This document shows, one piece after another, positions 53,614-61,400 of a DNA stretch of 64,000 bases; position 1 is the stretch's first letter, and each line of letters begins with the position of its first letter. The position numbers were made by a program, and so were the translations under genes. The stretch covers positions 4,912 to 68,911 of the forward strand of contig JAZQOV010000011.1 of NCBI GenBank assembly GCA_045628045.1, given 5' to 3'. The DNA comes from Bacilli bacterium. GTDB taxonomy: Bacteria > Bacillota_I > Bacilli_A > RFN20 > CAG-826. Under the pieces are notes generated by a model that saw only the letters and a program-made list of their open reading frames with translations, was not told the DNA's origin and searched no databases.

Positions 53614-56484
53614 ATGGAATTCCTGGATATTTTTAAATTTATAATAGCTGCAATCATTCCAATTCTTTTAAGCGTTGGCTGTATTTATCTTGAGAAAACA
53701 AGAAGATTTTCTAAGTTAAACAAATACGTTAAAGCTTTAATATTTGGAGTTATTTTTGGCATCAGTTCAATTAGTGGAACTTTACTTGGTTTAAAACTAC
53801 CAAATGGCGCAATCATCAACGTGCGTGATGCCTCTCCTATTATATGTGGTCTTCTTTTTGGTGGACCATCAGGAATTTTGGCTGGCTTAATTGGCGGCGG
53901 CTTTAGAGCACTTACTCCTCTTTGGGAACCATCGACAGCTTACACAGTTGTTGCATGTTCTATTTCAACCGCAATGGCTGGTGTATTTACTGTGTTTGTT
54001 AGACATTTCATCTTTGATGATAAAAAAGGTACTTGGTACTATGGATTCTTCCTTGGCGTATTAGTTGAAGACTTCCATATGATGATGTCTGTGCTTACAC
54101 ACACAGAAGATATTGTTAAGGTTTATAACTCAGTTATAAAAGTATGTACAGTTCCAATGGTATTAGCAAATTCATTAGCGGTAATGATTGCAATTATTAT
54201 TGTTAATTTAATAAATCACGAGAAAATATTTGAAAAAGAAGTCAGAACTCATATTTCTACAAAGGTTCAGGTTTCTTTGATTCTTTCTCTTGTTGTTTCT
54301 TATGTTGCAACTGCGTTATTTACGAATATGTCTGTTAATAAAGTTGTTCAAACAAATATTAAAGGTCAATGTGAAAACGCTATAAGCGATGTTATTAATA
54401 ATGTTGATGACACAATCAACAATGTTATGAGTGACAAACTTGATGAAGTCGCAATAAAACTTCTTGATGAAGTAAAACCATTAGAAAAAGATAGGCTTTT
54501 ACGTAAAGAAGCATTAGTAAGTATTCTTAATGATTTCTCTGGTGAGATTTCTGAAATCAATATTGTTGGCACTGATGGTTTTGTTCATTATTCCACAGAT
54601 CAATACGATTTTATGGAAGACGGAAGTGGACCATTTAACATGGAAATTGGTGACCAATCAAGAGAATTTAATGTCTTACTTAAAGAAGGCGAAACAAACT
54701 ATTTTATCCAGGAATTCCGCGAGATTTCTGCGTATGATGGCGGAAAATCAATGAAATATGCTGGCTATAGATTTGATGCTGAAGACATTGAATCAGACTT
54801 CTGTTATTTCCAAATTGGTTTAGATGCTGCAAGGTATCACGAACTACTTCAAGACTATGTTGATGAATGTGCTAAATTTAGACACATTGGTGAAGAAGGA
54901 TTCGTTGTAGTTAGCGATGAAAATGGTGCAATTGTTTCAACAATCGTTGATTGTCCATTTACTGAAACAATTGATGTAAATAAGTTCCTAAACGATGGTT
55001 ACGATAAATATTACACTTACTCTAAATTTGTTGAAGGTTACTACATTGTTGCTTTTGCAGGCGCTGAAGAAAGTGATTTAGCATCCGTAATTTCATTCAC
55101 TGCAATTTCTCTTGCTGAAGTTTTTGTTTATTTGCTTTTATATTGCGTTTTATATATAGCAGTTAAACGTAGAATCGTTGATAAAATTAAAACTATAGGC
55201 TTAAGCCTAAATGAAATTTCTTCAGGAAACTTAGATGTTGTTGTTAATCAAAGAGACAGTTATGAATTTGATTCATTAAGTAACGACATTAATAAAACTG
55301 TTGGAACTCTTAAAGAGTTCATTGCGAAAGAAGCTAATAAGAATGCTGAAGAGTTAGCATTTGCTAAAAACATTCAATATTCTGTTCTTCCAACCGCTTT
55401 CCCAATGAATGATAGATTTGAAATTTATGCTTCTATGTCAACCGCCAAGACTGTTGGTGGTGACTTCTATGATTTCTATTTTATAGATAGAGAGCATGTA
55501 TTAATTGAAATCGCTGATGTTAGTGGAAAAGGTATTCCTGCCGCTATGTTCATGATGAGAGCAAAATCTGTTCTTAAATCACTTATAGAATCAGGTATTG
55601 GAATTGAAAATGCCTTTATTGAAGCAAATAGAAAACTTTGTCAAGGTAATGATACTCAAACATTTATTACGGTTTGGGGTGGAATTATCGATTTAACTAC
55701 AGGACATGTTGACTTTGTCAACGCTGGTCATAATCCTCCAATTATTTGTAGAGATGGCAAATTTGAGTACTTACATAGTAAACCAGGCTTTGTTTTAGCA
55801 GGTTTAGAAGGATTTAAATACGTTAAGCAAAGCTTTGACATTAAGCCAGGTGATATGATTTATCTTTATACTGATGGTGTTACTGAAGCTAATAACGAAA
55901 AACATGAACTTTATGGAGAAGAAAGACTTCTTAAAGCAATTGGAGATAAAACATATACTTCTAAATCTATTTGTGAAACTGTCTCAAAGAGTTTGAAGAA
56001 GTTTGTGAATGATGCAGAACAATCTGATGATATTACAATGCTCGCATTTAAATTCTATGATGTTGAGCTCGCTAATATTAAAGTTGTGGATGCAGACTTA
56101 AAGAATTTACCAGAAATCATAGATTATATCGATGATTTGCTTGATAAAAATAACGCCACATTATCTGCAAAATCACAAATCGATGTAGCAGTGGATGAGA
56201 TATTCTCAAATATCGCATTCTACGCTTATCCAGAAGGCCAAGTTGGTAAGGTCAAAGTTTCAGTCATTATGTCTAAAGACAATGAAGAAATGACCATTAT
56301 CTTTGAAGATAAAGGAAAAACATATAACCCACTTGAGAAAGAAGATCCAGATACTTCACTATCTCTAGAAGAGAAGTCTATTGGTGGACTAGGTATATTT
56401 ATTGTTAAAAAGACAATGGATTCATTAGAATACGATAACGTTAATGGTCATAACGTATTAACCCTCAGAAAGAAGATTCATTAG
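53614..56484 (+). CDS. membrane sensor (LytS-type 5TM) - extracytoplasmic domain - HAMP - PP2C/SpoIIE phosphatase - RsbW/SpoIIAB-like HATPase fusion
   Basis: N-terminal multi-TM region. HAMP-like KRRIVDKIKTIGLSLNEISSGNLDV. PP2C strings GGDFYDF, DVSGKGIPAAMFM, LYTDGVTEA, DDITMLAF. C-terminal VDEIFSNI.., GGLGIFIVKKTMD. Confidence 0.8.
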   Translation: MEFLDIFKFIIAAIIPILLSVGCIYLEKTRRFSKLNKYVKALIFGVIFGISSISGTLLGLKLPNGAIINVRDASPIICGLLFGGPSGILAGLIGGGFRALTPLWEPSTAYTVVACSISTAMAGVFTVFVRHFIFDDKKGTWYYGFFLGVLVEDFHMMMSVLTHTEDIVKVYNSVIKVCTVPMVLANSLAVMIAIIIVNLINHEKIFEKEVRTHISTKVQVSLILSLVVSYVATALFTNMSVNKVVQTNIKGQCENAISDVINNVDDTINNVMSDKLDEVAIKLLDEVKPLEKDRLLRKEALVSILNDFSGEISEINIVGTDGFVHYSTDQYDFMEDGSGPFNMEIGDQSREFNVLLKEGETNYFIQEFREISAYDGGKSMKYAGYRFDAEDIESDFCYFQIGLDAARYHELLQDYVDECAKFRHIGEEGFVVVSDENGAIVSTIVDCPFTETIDVNKFLNDGYDKYYTYSKFVEGYYIVAFAGAEESDLASVISFTAISLAEVFVYLLLYCVLYIAVKRRIVDKIKTIGLSLNEISSGNLDVVVNQRDSYEFDSLSNDINKTVGTLKEFIAKEANKNAEELAFAKNIQYSVLPTAFPMNDRFEIYASMSTAKTVGGDFYDFYFIDREHVLIEIADVSGKGIPAAMFMMRAKSVLKSLIESGIGIENAFIEANRKLCQGNDTQTFITVWGGIIDLTTGHVDFVNAGHNPPIICRDGKFEYLHSKPGFVLAGLEGFKYVKQSFDIKPGDMIYLYTDGVTEANNEKHELYGEERLLKAIGDKTYTSKSICETVSKSLKKFVNDAEQSDDITMLAFKFYDVELANIKVVDADLKNLPEIIDYIDDLLDKNNATLSAKSQIDVAVDEIFSNIAFYAYPEGQVGKVKVSVIMSKDNEEMTIIFEDKGKTYNPLEKEDPDTSLSLEEKSIGGLGIFIVKKTMDSLEYDNVNGHNVLTLRKKIH

Positions 56485-56493
56485 GTAGAAATT

Positions 56494-57324
56494 ATGTCAA
56501 TTGCAGATAAGATTTTTGTAGAAAATATGAAAGACATTCTTAAGAATGGTTTTTCAGATGAAAAGTTAGAAGTTAGACCTCATTGGGAAGATGGAACTCC
56601 TGCTCACACGATTAAAAAGTTCTGTATTGTGAATAGATACAATCTTCAAGAGGAGCTTCCAATTCTCACAATAAGAAAAACCGCTTTTAAGTCATGTCTT
56701 GATGAACTTCTTTGGATTTGGCAAAAGAAATCAAACAATATTCATGATTTAAAATCACATATTTGGGATTCTTGGGCTGATGAAAATGGTTCGATAGGCA
56801 AAGCCTATGGTTATCAACTTGGAGTCAAACATCATTATCCTGAAGGAGACATGGATCAAGTTGATAGAGTTCTTTATGATTTAAAACATAATCCTCAATC
56901 AAGAAGAATCTTAACAAATATCTATAATTTCCAAGATCTTCATGAAATGAATCTTTATCCATGCGCTTACTCAATGACATTTAATGTCACTGGTGACACA
57001 TTAAATGGAATTTTAAATCAACGTTCTAACGATATGTTAACAGCGAATAACTGGAATGTTTTGCAATATTCATTATTGTTAATAATGTTCGCGCAAGTTT
57101 CAGGTTTAAAACCAGGAACTCTAGTTCATGTAATCGCTGATGCTCATATTTATGACCGCCATGTTGAGCTTGTTAAAAAGGTAATTGAAAAACCTCAACA
57201 TAAAGCTCCTAAATTATGGGTTAATCCAGAGATCAAAAACTTCTATGATTTTAAAGTTGAAGACTTCAAACTTATTGATTATGAATATGAAACTTTAGAA
57301 GAAAAAATACCGGTGGCAATTTAG
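56494..57324 (+). CDS. thyA: thymidylate synthase (Bacillus ThyA type)
   Basis: LLWIWQKKSN, DQVD..L..LK.NP.SRR, LYPCAYSMTFNV (catalytic Cys), RSNDM, PKLWVNPE.KNFYDF..EDFKLIDY. Closely parallels B. subtilis ThyA. Confidence 0.9.
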   Translation: MSIADKIFVENMKDILKNGFSDEKLEVRPHWEDGTPAHTIKKFCIVNRYNLQEELPILTIRKTAFKSCLDELLWIWQKKSNNIHDLKSHIWDSWADENGSIGKAYGYQLGVKHHYPEGDMDQVDRVLYDLKHNPQSRRILTNIYNFQDLHEMNLYPCAYSMTFNVTGDTLNGILNQRSNDMLTANNWNVLQYSLLLIMFAQVSGLKPGTLVHVIADAHIYDRHVELVKKVIEKPQHKAPKLWVNPEIKNFYDFKVEDFKLIDYEYETLEEKIPVAI

Positions 57325-57325
57325 T

Positions 57326-57820
57326 ATGATTATTTCAATTTTAAGTGTTGACAAAAACTATGGAATTGGGAAAAATAATTCCCTTCTTTTCCATCTAAAA
57401 AAAGACATGGAATTCTTCAGAAAGACAACTGAAGGTCATATGGTTTTTATGGGTGAAAATACTTTACTTTCTTTCCCTGGAAGTAAGCCACTTAAAAATA
57501 GAATCAATGTAGTTCTTAGCAAAGACAAAACTCACAATTACGAAGGTTGTAAGAATGTTCACAATTTCCGAAAATTCACGAGAATTCTCAGGAAAAATGG
57601 CAGAAAACACGATGTTTTTGTAATTGGTGGAGCGTCTATTTATATGCAAACACTTCCTATAGTGGATATGGTATTATTAACCAAAGTTGATGCTGATGGA
57701 CACGCTGATGTCTTCTTTGATAATTTAGATAAAAATCCATCTTTTGAATGTGTTGATCAAGGCACACCAATTATGGATGGAGATTACAAAATTAGATTCA
57801 CAACTTATATTCGAAAATAA
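57326..57820 (+). CDS. folA: dihydrofolate reductase
   Basis: ISILSVDKNYGIGKNNSLLFHLKKDMEFFRKTT, VIGGASIY. Immediately follows thyA. Confidence 0.9.
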   Translation: MIISILSVDKNYGIGKNNSLLFHLKKDMEFFRKTTEGHMVFMGENTLLSFPGSKPLKNRINVVLSKDKTHNYEGCKNVHNFRKFTRILRKNGRKHDVFVIGGASIYMQTLPIVDMVLLTKVDADGHADVFFDNLDKNPSFECVDQGTPIMDGDYKIRFTTYIRK

Positions 57821-57868
57821 TCTTTAGTATTGTATTGCAATTTAACGAGAATTATTTGTAATATTGTT

Positions 57869-57929
57869 ATCAGGCGAGATGGGTCTGACAAAAGGAAAGA
57901 GATTGGCTGCTACCAATCTCTTTTTCATA
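57869..57929 (+). ncRNA. candidate sRNA module A (tandem copy)
   Basis: TTGCAA (57835-57840), N18, TAATAT. The transcript starts AUCAGGCG... Perfect 11-bp terminator stem AAAGAGATTGG/CCAATCTCTTT (57896-57923) followed by TTTC. Confidence 0.45.
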
Positions 57930-58011
57930 CTTTGGAATACAGACTGTAGAATTAATCATGAATTTTGCAAAAATGCATTGAAATAATTATGAATTTAGAT
58001 ATAATAATAGT

Positions 58012-58070
58012 ATCAGGCGTGGGATCTGACAAAAGGAAAGAGATTGGTTGCATCCAATCTCTTTTTCATA
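58012..58070 (+). ncRNA. candidate sRNA module B (putative antitoxin RNA, convergent with the 39-aa ORF)
   Basis: TTGAAA (57978-57983), N16, TATAAT (58000-58005). Same stem as module A with a different loop (58037-58064) followed by TTTTC. On the minus strand the same hairpin is followed by CCTTTTG. Confidence 0.45.
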
Positions 58071-58100
58071 GTTTGGAATACAGGCGTGGGTTTCTAACCC

Positions 58101-58220
58101 TTAATCATTGATTTTAATAATCAGTAAAATAAGAGCTAGAATAAGAAGGTACTCCACTAAGGACATCCTCCCTTCCCAAACGCCTGAATGCAAACTCCGA
58201 CGTTCGAAGACCGCCATCAT
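58101..58220 (-). CDS. 39-aa hydrophobic peptide, candidate type I toxin (not in ORF track)
   Basis: Minus strand: AGAAAGGAAT ATG ATG.. encodes MMAVFERRSLHSGVWEGRMSLVEYLLILALILLIIKIND*. Strong SD-like AGAAAGGA, with tight spacing. One predicted TM helix. Confidence 0.4.
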   Translation of the reverse strand: MMAVFERRSLHSGVWEGRMSLVEYLLILALILLIIKIND

Positions 58221-58446
58221 ATTCCTTTCTATGAAGTCAAATGAATTATTGACCCCACACTAACTAATTAGAGAAAAATAAGCAAAACTGCTAAAAAATA
58301 TTTTTAATATATTAATATATTACAATTTAGCACTTTTTCTGAGACTCAAAAAAGTACGGAAAAAAACTTGCTTTTATACTTAAAAAGGAATAATTTAACA
58401 TAAATGTTTAATTACATTGCTTTACTCTAGAAAAGAGGTAGAAGTT

Positions 58447-61400
58447 ATGAAGAAAAGTAGATTTTATACTTTATTAGCTCTATCAAGTATCCTTACTTTA
58501 GGAACTGCTTTTGCAGCCACCTCAATTAATGATGAAACTAATAGAAACCAAGGCATTAACGAATTAAATGCAGAGTCTTTGTCAGAGGATAAACTTTATG
58601 TTGCTCCTGCTGCAGTTTCTCCATATACATACACTACTTCTCCAACTAATGAACCGTGGTATAAAAATAGCCACGAATACCATTCTACAGCAACTGGATC
58701 AGATGGGTTTGATTATCAAAGAAACCAAAAAACTACAATGTATGATTTCATGAATGTTTCTGAAACATGGAACTCATATCGTGGTGAAAATGTTAAAGTA
58801 GCCGTTATTGACACAGGTTGTTATACATCACATGAAGACTTTAACGGCACAAATATAAAAACAATCTCTAAAAACATGGTGTCAGGAACAACTGGATTAT
58901 CAGCTGTAAATGATGCTCATGGACATGGAACAACTTCTGCAGCAACAATTGCGGCCGCTGTTAATGGTAAAGGCGGCACCGGAATTGCACCAAATGTAGA
59001 ATTAATAGTTTTGAAATGCGTTGATGCTAACAATGCTTTTAGTAATACTGCAATTAACAATGCTCTTCAATATTGTATTGATAATGATGTTGATGTCATT
59101 AACATGTCAATTCAAGGTTACAACGTTTATTCAAACTTTTCCTCAACATATGTTGAAGATTTTGGAAATTACACGGTAAACACAACTTCATCTGGCATAA
59201 TGACTCCTACACAATTCTCTACAAAAATTAAAGCTTGTCACGATGCTGGTATTACTTTAGTTGCCGCTGCCGGTAACTATAATACTTCCAAAGAATCATA
59301 TCCTGCTGCCAATGATTATGTCATTGCTGTTGGCTCCACAGGCTTAACGAGTGCAACATCAAAAGCTGGTTATTCCAATTATGGAGATTGGCTTGATATT
59401 AGTGCTCCTGGTTACGTTTATACTCCATCGCTATCCGGAACCGACCAATATTCTGTTACAAATGGCACAAGCTTTTCTGCTCCTTTGGTTACTGGTGCAA
59501 TAGCACTATATAAATCAAAATATCCTGATGCAACTCCTGATCAAATTGAAGAAGCTCTAAAAGCGACTGCTCAACCAATTAATTGGCAAGGTGGCGCTGG
59601 GGCAGTTAATGTTGGAGCTTTCTTGGAATATGCTCCTAAGTCACCAGTTAGCAGTTTAGCTCTTCCTGATGAAACAAAGACATTATCTGTTGGAGAAACA
59701 TATCAACTAATTCCAACAATTTTACCGTCTGATGCTTCGCAAGAAGTTACTTATGGTAACACAGACAATTCTGTTGTATCAATTTCAAATACTGGATTAG
59801 TCACTGCATTAAAAGCAGGGACATCAACAGTCACTGTGTATAGTAAAAACACATCCATCTATGACACAGTTGTAATTACTGTTAATGCTGTTACTGGCGA
59901 GAAAAAAACAGTATCAAAAGAATGGACTTTAACCAGTTCTAATACTGATTGGACAGCATCAGGAAACGAAACATATTTTAGCCAGCCTTATGGTTACAAA
60001 GCAAATGGTGGAACTCTCATTACAACAAATTCAATAGAAGACTTTACTAAAACAAACAAAACAGAGATTAAAGTTAGTTTTAAGTGTCTCCAAAATGGTG
60101 GTTCAAGTTCAAAAATCACTATTTACCTTTACGATAGCAGTGGAAACGTATTAGGTTCAGAAGTTTTTACTCCTGTAAATAAAAATTCAGCTTCCAATAC
60201 CGAATATTGCACAGCAACATTCACATCAAATTTAACTAATGCAGCCAAAATAGGAATGAAGGTCACTACGTTTGGAAAGAACATTTTGGTTAATGGTGCA
60301 AAGTATGAATTGACTTATCTAGATTCAGGAGCAACCCCGTCAGTTAAGACGCTTTCTAGCATTTCTGTTTCTAATCAAAAAACCACATTTACTGTTGGTG
60401 AAACATGGACATTTGGCGGAACAGTAACTGCTACTTACTCTGACAATTCAACTGCAGATGTTACTTCTAATGTCACATTCAGCGGTAACACAACATCATC
60501 CGCCGGTCAAAAAACGGTAACTGTTTCTTATAAAGAAGGCAGTGTTGAAAAAACAACAACCTATTCAATTACTGTTTCAGCACCGGTTGTTACAAATTAC
60601 ACTGTCACATTTAACTCAAATGGTGGTTCGGGCACAATGACTAGCAAAACCACTACTGGTTCTACATATGTTGTTCCTGAATCTAACTTTACAAAAGAAG
60701 GCTATACATTTGACAAATGGGCTCTTAATAGTACATCTGGTAGTAAATACGCAGCCGGAACAACAATCAATAATATCTCCTCTAATATCACGTTATATGC
60801 TACATGGATTCAAGATTTAACACCTCAACCAGGTGATTATTACAAGGATGTCGACACAAGCTCTCAAGAAAATCTAATTTCAACATTGCATTCAACCATT
60901 TCACAGGGAACTGTAGATGTTGGTTATGATGGCCTTTGGGATGCTTATGAAAAAACAGATTTACGTCCTGGGACAAATTATTATTGGGATATGTATTCCA
61001 ATTATAATTTTACAAAATCTTCGCCAAATAGCAATTATAAAAAAGAAGGTGACGCAGTAAATAGAGAGCACACTGTTCCACAATCTTGGTTTAATGAAAA
61101 ATCTCCAATGAAAGCCGACTTATTTCATGTTTATCCAACTGACGGCTATGTAAACAATAGAAGATCTAATTATCCTCATGGTGATGTTGGTAATGCAACA
61201 TATACTTCTGAAAACGGAAGTAAATTGGGAACAGCTAGCTTTCCAGGAATTTCAGGCACCGTTTTTGAAGTAATTGATGAATATAAGGGCGATTTTGCCC
61301 GCAGCTATTTTTATATGGCTACCAGATACTATAATACGTTTAATGATTGGGATTCAAACGTGATATTCCAAAAAACACCGCCGTATATGACTTCTGCTTT

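Noticed and set aside
57869-58070. Known small riboswitch (preQ1-I, guanidine-II, THF-II/folE motif) for the tandem hairpin modules after folA.
   Set aside because: The conserved nucleotides of those classes are not present (for example the A-rich ..AAAAAACUA tail, ACGR tetraloops and the folE-motif loops). Each module has its own promoter, and the next plus-strand gene starts ~380 bp downstream of the last module terminator, so no ORF sits directly behind either module.
58190-58215. tRNA-like T-arm (GTTCGAA) suggesting a tRNA or an integration-site remnant.
   Set aside because: The flanking bases do not form a 5-bp T stem, and no acceptor, D or anticodon arms can be drawn. The string lies inside the 39-aa ORF.
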